The notes: generated from the letters alone by a model not told the origin. Positions 13,157 to 31,899 are shown, counted from the first letter of the stretch. The stretch: 64,000 nt of DNA from the human T2T-CHM13v2.0 reference genome, Homo sapiens (GCF_009914755.1 NC_060930.1); one strand, 5' to 3'. Numbers and translations: made by a program.

Positions 13157-14172
13157 ATGGGAAAAAAACAAAGCAGAAAAACTGAAAACTCTAAAAGCAG
13201 AGCGCCTCTCCTCCTCCAAAGGAACGCAGCTCCTCACCAGCAATGGAACAAAGCTGGACAGAGAATGACTTTGACGAGTTGAGAGAAGAAGGCTTCAGAC
13301 GATCAAACTACTCCGAGCTACAGGAGGAAATTTGAACCAACAGCAAAGAAGTTAAAAGCTTTGAAAAAAAATTAGACAAATGGATAACTAGAATAACCAT
13401 TGCAGAGAAGTCCTTAAAGGACCAGATGGAGCTGAAAACCAAGGCACGAGAGCTACCTGACAAATGCAGAAGCCTCAGTAGCTGATGCGATCAACTGGAA
13501 GAAAGGGTATCAGTGATGGAAGACGAAATGAATGAAATGAAGTGAGAAGAGAAGTTTAGAGAAAAAAGAATAAAAAGAAACAAACAAAGCCTCCAAGAAA
13601 TATGGGACTATGTGAAAAGACCAAATCTACATCTGACTGGTGTACCTGAAAGTGACGGGGAGAATGGAACCAAGTTGGAAAACACTCTGCAGGATATTAT
13701 CCAGGAGAACTTCCCCAATCTAGCAAGGCAGGCCAACATTCAAATTCAGGAAATACAGAGAACGCCACAAAGATACTCCTCCAGAAGAGCAACGCCAAGA
13801 CACATAATTGTCAGAGTCACCAAAGTTGAAATGAAGGAAAAGGTGTTAAGGGCAGCCAGAGAGAAAGGTCGGGTTACCCACAAAGGGAAGCCCATCAGAC
13901 TAACAGCTGATCTCTCGGCAGAAACTCTACAAGCCAGAAGAGAGTGGGGACCAATATTCAACATTCTTAAAGAAAAGCATTTTCAACCCAGAATCACATA
14001 TCCAGCCAAACTAAGCTTCATAAGTGAAGGAGAAACAAAATCCTTTACAGACAAGCAAATGCTGAGAGATTTTGTCACCACCAGGCCTGCCCTAAAAGAG
14101 CTCCTGAAGGAAGCACTAAACATGGGAAGGATCAACTGGTACCAGCCACTGCAAAAACATGCCAAATTGTAA
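13157..14172 (+). pseudogene. L1 ORF1p, disrupted
   Basis: ATGGGAAAAAAACAAAGC start, several stops in the coiled-coil part; intact C-terminal 186 aa (RPNLHLTGVPE...REWGPIF...YPAKLSF...QKHAKL). Confidence 0.92.
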
Positions 14173-14235
14173 AGACCATCAAGGCTAGGAAGAAACTGCA
14201 TCAACTAATGAGCAAAATAAATAGCTAACATCATA

Positions 14236-18062
<3,827 letters not shown>

Positions 18063-19100
18063 ACAATGAGAACACATGGACACAGGAAGGGGAATATCAC
18101 ACACCGGGGACTGTTGTGGGGTTGGGGGAAGGGGGAGGGATAGCATTAGGAGATATACCTAATGCTAAATGACGAGTTAATGGGCGCAGCACACCAACAT
18201 GTCACATGTATACATATGTAACAAACCTGCACGTTGTGCACATGTACCCTAAAACTTAAAGTATAATAATAATAAAATTAAAAAAAAAAGAAATAGAAAA
18301 ACCCTTCTGGGGCTATCCAGATAGCAGGTTTGATCTTATTGCCTCTTATTTTCCTGTATTGGAGATTTATAAGACCTAGATAGCCAAGTAATAATTTGAG
18401 CATACTGCCATTTTGTTTCCTTGTCATTTTCATAGGCCAAGGTGAGTTATCAATTAAATTGCAGTCTTTTACATTCAATCTTTAAATAATTTAGCTTTCC
18501 CTCAAGCTACTGATTGTTGAAACTGGTTGTTTGTTGTTTATGTTGTTTATTTAGGGGAGGAGAAAGCAAAAGTGGCTTTTTATATTATTGTTTTCTTTAT
18601 TATTGTTTTCTATGTTTTCTATTCCTCCCTTTCCCCTCCTTCCCTTGTAGTGAGCCCATCCCCAAGGTTCATGTTTCTCTTTATTCCTATGAGATCTATT
18701 CCCCTTAGCTTCCTCATTACTCTACATTAAAAATCCAAGGAAGGCAGCCTAGATTCCCAGTTTCCATATATGATAAGTACTTCCTTTCAAGTTCCAATGT
18801 GGTTCTAGTAGAGTTTTGTCTGGGAAAAGTCACTGGGGAGGAATAAAGATAAACACCTTGCTTGTCTTCATACCCTGGCCCTTGTGTGGACCTACATTTA
18901 GTACATTCACAAAAGAAGAATATGCTGTTAAGTGTGCATATACTTCACACTTCTCCCTGGAAGTGCAGGTAAGAGGGTTCCCAGGAAAGTGAAACAAGAA
19001 CCTCCTTAAAATCGAATGTAGGTTCTAATCTCAGTATAATTATTTGAAGCTACTATACATTGCCTGGCATTCTGGAACTATTTTTCCCTTGAATATTTCA

Positions 19101-19640
<540 letters not shown>

Positions 19641-20636
19641 TATAGGGCCAATCCAAAAGCCTAAAAACTTTAGGGGTGTTTGAATATATATCTTTGGATC
19701 TTAGAATACATTCCAGACCTCATTCCTTTTTAATTAAGATAAGGATTGCCTCTGAGTTTAAAACAGAGTCAAAGCTATTCATCAAATTGTCTCTTCCTTT
19801 TCTACAAACATGCACACAAACATTAAACTAAAACAGCACTCCCAGGGCTGCTCAAGGGACTAACCAAGCAACCTGACCTAGTTATTTTCTTCATACCACC
19901 TGTATGTGGCATCTTGCTAAACTTGCTAATGAGGTAGCAAAGTAGTTTAGGAAGGAAAATTATCTTTACATGGTAATAAGGCCCTGAGCCAAGAAAGTAA
20001 AACAAGCATATTACTGCTGAAAGTAATTAGGATAAAACCTAGTACTTTAAAAATCATCTAGTCAAAGAGGTTACATAATTTTGGCCTTGAACACCAGGGT
20101 ATATGGAGAGCTTTGGGATATTGCAAACCATTCCTTGCTTCAATTTTTAGTTTCCAAGTACAAAATAGAGCAATGTTCAGGAGGTTGAAGTACAAAATTT
20201 GTACAAAACAAGTATTTTGTACTGCGAACTCATATTTTTTTCATATTTAAAATAACAAAACTTTTCACTCTTTAATTACTAGTGGAAACTGGAGAATCAC
20301 ACCCCAATTTAGAGTTTGCAAACTAAGATAAATCACACTTCAAAGTCTTAAGTTACAAGCTAACGGCAGCAATGATCTCTACAATTGCTCAGTGTTGTTT
20401 GCAGATACATTTCATTCTTGGTTGGTTTCATTTTCAGGTTAGGCAACTAGATTAAGACCCTTTCCTCTAGGGGAAAGGACTTTTTTCCTGCAATGTATAC
20501 AAATCTCATGGGACTCAGTTTGAGTGGCTCCTTGTCTTTAAAACTTGTAGGCTTAAATTCATGTCACAGTCAGACACACATACTGCCTTTGCAAAAATTC
20601 ACATTTCATCCTTCATAATATGTAAAGAAAATATCC

Positions 20637-20757
20637 CGGGTGACCAATTCATCTCAGTTTGCTCAATACTTTCTTAGTTTTAGCACTGAAAGTTCACATC
20701 CTGGGAACAGCCCCCCTACCCCTGTCCTAGGTAAACTGGGATGGTTGGTTACACTAA
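20637..20757. mobile_element. MER81-like hAT-Blackjack MITE
   Basis: Imperfect TIRs GGGTGACCAA...TTGGTTACAC; internal GTTTTAGCACTGAAAGT. Confidence 0.75.
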
Positions 20758-20959
20758 AGCAACAAGAATCAGAATCTAGTCTGGAGTTGACTTTGACCTG
20801 TTGGACCTCTCCTTCAGGCCAGGTGTTCTTCCCTGATATTAATAAATAATACGTGCCAAAGTGAGCCAGACTGAGACCACCAGCCACCATGTAAGATCTC
20901 TCACCATGATTTTAATGTGCTATCTAGGATGCTTGCAACAATCGTGTAAGGTAACTGCT

Positions 20960-21100
20960 TTTGTCTCCATATTATAATATAAAGAAACAGGCTTTGGTAA
21001 ATTAAGTGACCTGTTGAAGACCACACTGGTAGTAAGTAGTACAGCTGAAATTCAAACCTAGTTCTGTCTGACTTCGAAGATTGCACTCATTCTATTTTAT
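20960..21100 (-). mobile_element. MIR fragment
   Basis: AAGAAACAGGC...TTAAGTGACCTG...ACCACAC...GCTGAAATTCAAACCTAGTTCTGTCTGACT. Confidence 0.75.
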
Positions 21101-24062
21101 CAACCATAAGAAATTTTAAGAAAACCTACATAGAGGAGACTTTATAAAAGCTAAAGAAAAAACAAGTAATAAAATATAGAGTAGGAATAAAAATAACAAA
21201 ATATCAGAATCTATATGGATTCAACAAAGTATACCACAGAAATAAGAAAACCAGCAGCTATTTGATGGATTACAACTTTCCCAAAGTCAAATTCCTAATA
21301 TTCTTTATAACATCCTTTCAAGTATTCAAATAAAATGCCACCTTAGGTAAGAAGAATTTTCTATTAATGTGTAAGAAATATTTTGTTCCTAATTTTTTCT
21401 CTTCAGAGTAAGTAAGAATGTCTAGTGTAAATATAATTTGTTGATAAATTTTTATATTTTAATTTATCCTATATGCTTACAAAGAAAAATACAATCATAA
21501 AGCTGCTATTTAAGAACTGTCTAAAAGATGCAATAAACTCAATTTATAATTTAAATCCTAACTATGCAGATCCTCAACATACATTTAAATCTGAATTAAA
21601 CCAGCTAATATTTTTGAACCAACATAATTTCAAGGATATTGCTAAAGAAACTCATGTCTGCTGCTTTTTACTTGACTTTCTTATACGCTCCTAATGTCTC
21701 CCTACACATTCGTCCTATTGCCTGCTGCCTTCACTGGATCCTCAGAAAGATGCATTCCAAAGGAGATTTCCTTCTAGTAGCTACACATGAAGAAAAGGAA
21801 TTGATGTCCATCAGAGTTCATGAGAGTCAGTCTTGACAATAGGTGACAGCTACTGCCATCTCCATATGAATCTCTCAGCAGAATAGCAGAGACAGACTTT
21901 TTGGTGCTGACCTTTAATTATTTTTTTTAAATGTGTGCTGTTACTTCACCCCATCTTAAGGTTGTTCAGTGACTTTTAAAAATTTTTGAATACTGTTAGG
22001 TGTGGTCAGACCACCAGATTTACAAGTGACAGAATCACTAATCAGCTCTAAAATTGTCAGAGTCTCAATTATACCCAAAGTTTCTGATATTGCAGTTTAC
22101 CAAATACTATTGAAATCTTCTGAAAAAAGTTTAGTAACATGTCTTGGGATATCTGGAGTTTCCTTCATCTCTATAATATCTTTTTCTCAAGGAAGATCTA
22201 GGCATAGCACACTTCAGAGATTTCTGTAAGGTGTTTTTCTGAAGAAAGCCTGTTTAGCCCTTATGTTAGTATGGAAATGAGACACCACTGAAGTGTTGTA
22301 CTCATCAAAAATAGCTAAGGTATTCCTTGGCAGCTTTTACCAACTAGCCATGATAGAGTGTAATGGATATAATTTAGCCTATCTGGATTAGATATTCTCT
22401 AAAAGAAGTACAGTGTTTCCTGGTAACAAGTATGACTTCCTGTGAATTTTAAGTGGAAATTAAATGAACTCTCACAGTATTTTTAACTCGTATTTGCAAG
22501 CATGAACAGTCAGAGCTAGGAACTCTTCAACCAGCTGATAAAGAATATTAAGAATCAAAAGTGAGGGGAAAAAGTTTAGTTCCTTTTACTTTAAATTAGA
22601 TACTGTATGTATTCAGCATAAATGTGCAGTGTTGTCAGATTTTTTAAGAAATCCTTTTAACTGCTTCAACTGCTCTATCAGAGGAAAAAGTAGAAAAGAA
22701 TAACCTGAAAGAAAAACAAACCAAATTTTATCATTGCAGTAACTGTAAACTCCTGAAAATCTTAGTGGTTGTATTATATTTATTTATTTGGCCATTAAAT
22801 ATGCAGATGTATTCCTTCCTTGGCTATATTTTGCTTCATCCTCAACTTAAAAAAATAATATGCAAGTTTCACTTTATTCTGGGAACTTATGAAAAACACA
22901 CAAACCTTCTGAATAGTGATACAAATTAAGCCATATAAACATAAAAGACTCTCTGAAATAAAATAATTCTTTTGCACAAAAACTCAATTCAAACTGTTAA
23001 AAGCTAGGCATTAATTCTAAATACAAATTCAGTGCAAACCAACACAAGTGTAATTACAAGTTATAGGTCATGTTTCCTATTTACCTATGCTCTTTTCTAC
23101 ATCAATCATTATACACTAGCAAGATAAGATGGGGCAAAGATGGGCAAGATAATTGCCCATGCTATTAGAATTCCCATATTTCTGTAGTATGAATGAAATT
23201 GCAAATTAAAACTGCTAATTTGTGTGTTTTTTAAAAGGTCACATTGTTACACAGGAACTTGAAAGTGAACAAAACAAATAACTCTCCAGCTAGTTGCTGA
23301 GTGGAGAAGTTGGTTTTTACTATTTTCATTTTTTAGAAACTTTACAAGCATTTTTTTTTTTTTAGAAACTTAGAAATTGTGATGATGTTGGGTGAGATGG
23401 GGTTGGAGGAGGGATAAACTGGTGGAATCTTGGATCCAGTGCTTTGAAATTTTCACCAATGGCAAAACATGTTGAAATCACATTGAAAGATTCTCAAAAT
23501 GTTATATCTGCTAGCAGCAAATTGTGAATCAGATCTGTTTTGTTCCTCTGCAAGGGGACAAAACAGGAAATAATTTTGGAATCTAATAATGTTTCTTTCT
23601 TGTTGTATAAGAGAGTTTTGACTTTATAATTAAAATTCTCATCTTTCTCTGTTGTCATGTAAATATCTTCTCCATATCCTGAATATTAATGTGTCATAAC
23701 AATCTTGTAGGAGGGGCTTGTAAAACACATTATTACACCCAGGCAAGTTACATAATATGTATTGAATGGCAGTTCACAAGAGCCAAATCTAAGGAAGAGT
23801 GGAAAAATCCAGTTCAAAGTAGATGTCAGTATCCATGTGACAGAGTATAGCCTACTGATGAAGCCATCTAAACAAACTGACAAAATGTTTATATGATGCT
23901 TTTACATAAATATACAAACACAACAAAAAGGGTAAAACTAGGCACTATTACTAAATACAAAATCCAGTGCAAGCCAACACATATGTATAATTACATATTA
24001 TGTCTCTTTATCCCTTAAACTAGAGATAATTGGGAAACAGGAGAGCCAGAGATCTTTTATAA

Positions 24063-24783
<721 letters not shown>

Positions 24784-24883
24784 CTGAAGTCCAGTTTTTA
24801 CTTGGGCTTTAGGTGATAATATTATCTTTTAAAATATTTCCATACTTGAGCAAAGAAGATGATCATTTCCAAGCTATACTGAC

Positions 24884-27800
24884 TGTTGAGAACTGTGAAG
24901 GATCTGAGATTTTACCCTACTTGCAAGCTAACATGATATCCTACCACAGGTTTACAGGCGCTGACTGAAGACACAAGATTCCTGGATCAGAGGCAAATGA
25001 CAGTTTATTACTCATATATGTAGCCAGAGTATAAGCACTCCTGCCAATCCCCTGAGCCCCAGTTCCCACAGGGTGATGTCAAAAAGACCAAGTTATACTT
25101 GCACATATAGTAGGGTATGTTGCAGGAAAGTTTAGCAAGACCAATTTTTCTTTTTTTTTAGGTTAGTGACACTAATTATTTTATTTTATTTTATTTTTTA
25201 TTTTTTATTATACTTTAAGTTCTGGAATACATGTGCAGAATGTGCAGGTTTGTTAAATAGGTATACACGTGCCATGGTGGTTTGCTGCACCCATCAACCC
25301 ATCATCTACATTAGGTATTTCTCCTAAGGCTATCCCTCCCCTAGCCCCTCACTCCCCTACAGACCCCAGTGTGTGATGATCCCCTCCCTGTGTACATGTG
25401 TTCTCATTGTTCAACTCCCACTTATGAGTGAGAACATATGGCATTTGGTTTTCTCTTCCTGTGTTAGTTTTCTGACAATGATGGTTTCCAGTTTCATCCA
25501 TGTCCCTGCAAAGAACATGAACTCATCCTTTTCATGGCTCCATAGTATTCCATGGTGTATATGTGCCACATTTTCTTCATCCAATCTATCACTTTTGGGC
25601 ATTTGGGTTGGTTCCAAGTCTTTGCTATTGTAAATAGTGCTCCAATAAACATAGGTGTGCATGTGTCTTTATAGTAGAATGATTTATAATCCTTTGGGTA
25701 TATACCCAGTAATGGGATTGCTGGGTCAAATGGTATTTCTCGTTCTAGATCCTTGAGGAATTGCCACACTGTCTTCCACAATGATTGAGCTAATTTACAC
25801 TTCCACCAACAGTGTAAAAGCATTCCTATTTAGCCACATCCTCTCCAGCATCAGTTTTTTTCCTGACTTTTTAAGGATCACCATTCTAACTGGCATTAGA
25901 TGGTATATCATTGTGGTTTTGATTTGCATTTCTCTGATGACCAGTGATGATGAGCTTTCTTTCATATGTTTGTTGGCCACGTAAATGTCTTCTTTTGAGA
26001 AGTGTCTGTCCCCATCTTTTGCCCACTTTTTGATGGGGTTATTTCTTGTAAATTCGTTTAAGTTCCTTGTAGTTTCTGGATATTAGCCCTTTGTCAGATG
26101 GATAGATTGCAAAAATTTTCTCCCATTCTGTAGGTTGCCTGTTCACTCTGATGATAGTTTCTTTTGCTGTGCAGAAGCTCTTTAGTTTAATTAGATCCCA
26201 TTTGTCAGTTTTGGCTTTTGTTGCAATTGCTTTTCATGTTTTAGTTATGAAGTCTTCGCCCATGCCTATGTCCTGAATGGTATTGCCTAGGTTTTCTTGT
26301 AGGGTTTTTATGGTTTTAGGTCTTATATTTAAGTCTTTAATCCATCTTGAGTTAATTTTTGTAAAAGGTGTAAGGAAGGGGTCCAGTTTCAGTTTTCTGC
26401 ATATGGCTAACCCGTTTTTCCCAACACCATTTATTAAATAGGGAATTCTTTCCCCATTGCTTGTTTTTGTCAGGTTTGTCGAAGATCAGATTGTTGTAGA
26501 TATGTGGCATTATTTCCCAGGCCTCTGTTCTGTTCCATTGGTCTATATATCTGTTTTGTTACCAGTACCATGCTGTTTTGGTTACTGTAGCCTTGTAGTA
26601 TAGTTTGAAGTCAGGTAGCATAATGTCTCCAGCTTTGTTCTTTTTGCTTAGGATTGTCTTGGCTATGTGGGCTCTTTTTTGGTTCTATATGAAATTTAAA
26701 GTAGTTTTTTCTAATTCTGTGGAGAAAGTCAATGGTAGCTTGATGGGGACAGCATTGAATCTATAAATTACTTTGGGCAGTATGGCCATTTTCACAATAT
26801 TGATTCTTCCTATCCATGAGCATGGAACGTTTTTTCTTTTGTTTGTGTCCTCTCTTATTTCCTTGGGCAGTGGTTTGTAGCGCTCCTTGAAGAGGTCCTT
26901 CACATCCCTTATAAGTTGTATTCCTAGGTATTTTATTCTCTTTGTAGCAATTGTTAATGGGAATTCACTCATGATTTGGCTCTTTGTCTATTATTGGTGT
27001 ATAGGAATGCTTGTGATATTTGCACATTGATTTTGTATCCTGAGACGTTGCTGAAGTTGCTTATCAGCTTAAGGAGATTTGGGGCTGAGAAGATGGGGTT
27101 TTCTAAATATACAATCATGTCATCTTCAAACAGAGACAATTTGAACTCCTGTCTCCCTATTTGAATACCTTTTATTTCTTTCCCTTGCCTGACTGCCCTG
27201 GCCAGAACTTCCAATACTATGGTTAAATAGGAGTGGTGAGAGAAGGCATCTTTGTTTTGTGCCAGTTTTCAAAGGGAATACTTACAGCTTTTAACCATTC
27301 AGTGTGATGTCGGCTGTGGGTTTGTCATAAATAGCTCTTATTATTTTGAGATACATTCTGTCAATACCTAGTTTATAGAGAGTTTTTAGCATGAAGGGTG
27401 TGAATTCTATCGAAGTCCTTTTCTGCATCTATTGAGATCATCATGTGGTTTTTGTCATTTGTTCTGCTTATTTGATGGATGGATTATATTTATTGATTTA
27501 CATAAGTTGAACCAGCCTCGTATCCCAGAGATGAAGCTGACTTGATCGTGGAGGACAAGCCTTTTGATGTCTTGCTGGATTCAGTTTGCCAGTATTTTTT
27601 TGAGGATTTTCGCATCAATGTTCATCAGGGATATTGGCCTGAAATTTTCTTTTTTTGTTGTGTCTCTGCCAGGTTTTGATATCAAGATGATGCTGGCTTC
27701 ATAAAACGAGTGAGGGAGGAGTACTTCTTTTTCTATTGTTTGGAACAGTTTCACAAGGAATGGTACCAGCTGCTCTTTTTACCTCTGGTAAAATTCGACT

Positions 27801-29003
27801 GTGAATCTGTCTGGTCTGGGGCTTTTTTTGGTTGGTAGGCTATTAATTACTGCCTCAATTTCAGACCTTGTTATTGGTCTATTCAGGGACTCGACTTCTT
27901 TCTGGTTTAGATTTGGGAGGGTGTACGTTTCCAGGAATTTATTCATTTCTTCTAGATTTTCTAGTTTATTTGCATAAAGGTGTTTATAGTATTCTCTGAT
28001 GGTAGTTTGTATGTCTGTGGGATCAGTGGTGATATCCTCTTTATCATTTTTTATTGTGTCTCTTTGATTCTTCTCTCTTTTCTTCTTTATTAGTCCGGCT
28101 AGTGGTCTATTTTGTTAATCTTTTCAAAAAATCAGCTCGTGGATTCACTGATTTTTTGAAGGGTTTTTCCTGTCTCTATCTCCTTCAGTTCTGATCTTGG
28201 TTATTCCTTGTCTTCTGCTAGCTTTTGAATTTGTTTCCTCCTGCTTCTGTGGTTCTTTTAATTGTGATGTTAGGGTGTCGATTTTAGATCTTTCCTGCTT
28301 TCTCCTGTTGGCATTCAGTGCTATAAATTTACCTGTAAACATGGCTTTAGCTGTGTCCTGGAGATTCTGGTACTTTGTGTCTTTGCTCTCATTGGTTTCA
28401 AATAACTTATTTATTTCTGCCTTAATTTCGTTATTTACCCAGTAGTCATTCAGGAGCAGGTTGTTCAGTTCCCATGAGTTGTGCGGTTTTGAGTGAGTTT
28501 CTTAACCCTGAGTTCTAATTTGATTGCACTGTGGTCTGAGAGATTGTTTGTTATGATTTCCATTCTTTTGCATTTGCTGAGGAGTGTTTTACTACCAATT
28601 AGGTTGTCAATTTTAGAATAAGTGTGATGTGGTGCTGAAAAGAATGTACATTCTGTTGATTTGGGGTGGAGAGTTTTGTAGATGTTTATTAGATCTGCTT
28701 GGTCCAGAGCTGAGTTCAGGTCCTGAATATCCTTGTTAATTTTCTGTCTCATTGATCTGTCTAATATTGACAGTGGGGTGTTAACGTCTTCTACTATTAT
28801 TGTGTGGGAGTCTAAGTCTCTTTGTAGGTCTCTAAGAACTTGCTTTATGAATCTGGGTGCTCCTGTATTGGTTGCATATATATTTAGGATAGTTAGCTCT
28901 TCTTGTTGCATTGATCCCTTTACCATTATGTAATGCCCTTCTTTGTCTTTTTGATCTTTGTTGGTTTAAAGTCTATTTTGTCAGAGACTAGGATTACAAT
29001 CCC

Positions 29004-29042
<39 letters not shown>

Positions 29043-31899
29043 TGGTAAATATTCCTCCATCCCTTTATTTTGAGCCTATGTGTGTCTTCGCACATGAGAT
29101 GGGTCTCCTGAAAACAGCACGCCGATGGCTTGACCCTTTATCCAATTTGCCAGTCTATGTCTTTTCATTGGGGCATTTAGTCCATTTACATTTAAGCTTA
29201 ATATTGTTAAGTGTGAATTTGATTCTGTCATTATGATGCTAGCTGGTTATTTGGCCCATTAGTTGATGCAGTTTCTTTCTGGTGTCAATGGTCTTTACAA
29301 TTTGGTATGTTTTTGCAGTGGCTGGTACCAGTTTTTCCTTTCCATATTTATTGCTTCCTTCAGGAGCTCTTTTTAGGCAGGCCTGGTGGTGACAAAAACT
29401 CTCAGCATTTGCTTGTCTGTAAAGGATTTTATTTCTCCTTCACTTGTGAAGCTTACTTTGGCTGGATATGAAATTCTGGGTTGAAAATTCTTTTCTTTAA
29501 GAATGTTATATATTGGCCCACACTCTCTTCTGGCTTGTAGGGTTTCTGCAGAGATCCGCTGTTAGTCTGTTGGCCTTCCCTTTGTGGGTAACCCAACCTT
29601 TCTCTCTTGCTGCCCTTCACATTTTTTCCTTCATTTCAACCTTGGTGAATCTGACAACTATGTGTCTTGGGGTTGCTCTTCTCGAGGGGTATTTTTGTGC
29701 TGTTCTCCATATTTCCTGAATTTGAATGTTGGCCTGTCTTGCTAGGTTGGGGATGTTCTCCTGGATAATATCCTGAAGAGTGCATTCCAACTTGGTTCCA
29801 TTCTCCCCATCACTTTCAGGTACACCAATCAAATGTAGGTTTGGTCTTTTCACATAGTTTCATATTCTGGGAAGCTTTGTTCACTCCTTTTCATTCTTTT
29901 TTCTCTATTCTTGTCTTCATGCTTTATTTCATTAAGTTGATCTTCAATCTCTGATATCCTTTCTTCCACTTGATCGATTCAGCTATTGATACTTGTGTAT
30001 GCTTCATGAAGTTCTAGTCCTGTGTTTTTCAGCTCCATCGGGTCATTTATGTTCTTCTATAAACTGGTTATTCTAGTTAGCCCTTCCTCTAACCTTTTTT
30101 CAAGGTTCTTAGCTTCTTTGCATTGGGTTAGAACATGCTCCTTTAGCTCGGAGGAGTTTGTTATTACCCACCTTCTGAAGCCTACTTCTGTCAGCTCGTC
30201 AAACTCATTCTCTGTCCAGTTTTGTTCCCTTGCTGGTGAAGATTTGTGATCCTTTGGAAGAGAAGAGGTGTTCTGGGTTTTGGAATTTTCAGCTTTTTTG
30301 CGCTGGTTTTTCCCCATCTTCATGGATTTACCTACCTTTGGTCTTTAATGTTGGTGACCTTCAGAAAGAGTTTTGTGTGGAGGTCATTTTTGTTGATGTT
30401 GATGCTATTCCTTTCTGTTTGTTAGTTTTCCTTCTAAGAGTCAGGCCCCTCTGCTGCAGGTCTGCTGGAGTTTGCTGGAGGTCCACTCCAGACCGTTTGC
30501 CTGGGTATCACCAGCAGATGCTGCAGAACAGCAAAGATTGCAGCTTGTTTCTTTCTCTGGAAGCTTTCTCTCAGAAGGGTACCCACCAGATGCCAGCCAG
30601 AGCTCTCCTGTATGAGGCGCCTGTCGAACCCTGCTGGGAGGTGTCTCCCAGTCAGAAGGCATGGGGTTCAGGGACCCACTTGGGGAGGCAGTCTTTCCCT
30701 TAGTAGAGCTTGAGCACTGTGCTGGGAGATCTGCCGCTCTCGTCAGAGCCAGCAGGCAGGAACGTTTAAGTCTGCTGAAGCTGCACCCACAGCCGCCCCT
30801 TCTCCCAGGTGCTGTGTCCCAGGAATTTGGGAGCTTCATCTATAAGCCCCTGACTGGGGCTGCTGCCTTTCTCTCAGAGATGCCCTGCCCAGAGAGGAGT
30901 AATCTAGAGAGGCAGTCTGGCTACAGCAGCTTTGCTGAGCTGCAGTGGGCTCTGCCCAGCTCAAACTTCCCATGGCTTTGTTTACTCTGTGAGGGGAAAA
31001 CCACCTACTGAAGCCTCAGTGATGGCCGACGCCCCTCCCCCCACCAAGCTTGAGCATCCCAGGTTGACTTCAGACTGCTGTGCTGGCAGCTAGAATTTCA
31101 AGCCAGTGGATCTTAGCTTGCTGGGCTCCACGGGGGTAGGATCTGCTGAGCTAGACCACTTGGCTCCCTGGCTTCATCCCCCTTTCCAGGGGAGTGAACG
31201 GTTCTGTCTTGTTGGCATTCCAGGTGCCACTGGGGTATGAAAAAAAAACTCGTGCAGCTAGCTCGGTGTCTGTCCAAACGGCCGCCCAGTTTTGTGCTTG
31301 AAACCCAGGGCCCTGGTGGCGTAGGCACCCAAGGGAATCTCCTGGTCTGTGGGTTGAGAAGACTGCGAGAAAAGCGTAGTATCTGGGCCAGAATGCACCA
31401 TCCCTCACAGCACAGTCCCTCACGGCTTCCCTTGGCTAGGGGAGGGAGTTCCCCAATCCCTTGTGCTTCCCTGGTGAGGCGACACCTGACCCTGCTTCAT
31501 CTCGCCCTCCATGGGCTGCACCACTGTCTAACCAGTCCCAGTGAGATGAGCCAGGTACCTCAGTTGGAAGTGCAGAAATCACCTGCCTTCTGTGTTGATC
31601 TCGCTGGGAGCTGCACACCGGAGCTGTTCTTATTCTGCCATCTTGCCAGCCACCTCAAGTCCAAATCTTTTATAATGGGGAGTAAGCCTGTTGGGCCTTG
31701 CTCTGGAAGTAGGCACTTTTATTACAGTGGAGAGTAAACAAATTTTACTTTGCTCGAGATAAAGACACTGTTGCTACCTTCTTAGGCTGTTCACTATACA
31801 GACGTCCTTGAAAAAATAATCTGGAAAAAAACCAGTCAGTATCTCTGAGCATAAGTTGTGCAGAAACTTAAAGGACCCATGGAGAATTGTCTCCCAACA
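24884..31899. mobile_element. MER77-like ERVL solo LTR split by an L1 (halves about 24884-25149 and 31656-31899)
   Basis: Termini TGTTGAGA...TCTCCCAACA; 5-bp TSD CTGAC/CTAAC; motif GATCTGAGATTTTACCCTACTTGCAAGCTAAC. Family name from recall. Confidence 0.65.
25150..31655 (-). mobile_element. Full-length LINE-1, L1PA7/8-like, defective
   Basis: 5' end GCTGGCAAGATGGCAGAATAAGAACAGCTCC (reverse strand). ORF1 start near 30317 (MGKNQRKKAENSK), ORF2 start near 29231, many stops and frameshifts. 3'UTR CCCATCAACCCATCATCTACATTAGG. Degenerate TSD CAAG(A/T)CCAA.. at 25136 and 31656. Confidence 0.92.

Noticed and set aside
18966-18974. Strong donor-like CAG|GTAAGA
   Set aside because: No matching acceptor or reading frame identified; isolated splice-like motifs are common.
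21385-21418. Polypyrimidine-CAG followed by A-GTAAGT (microexon or recursive-site-like)
   Set aside because: Lacks the AG|GT junction of a recursive site, and there is no transcript evidence.
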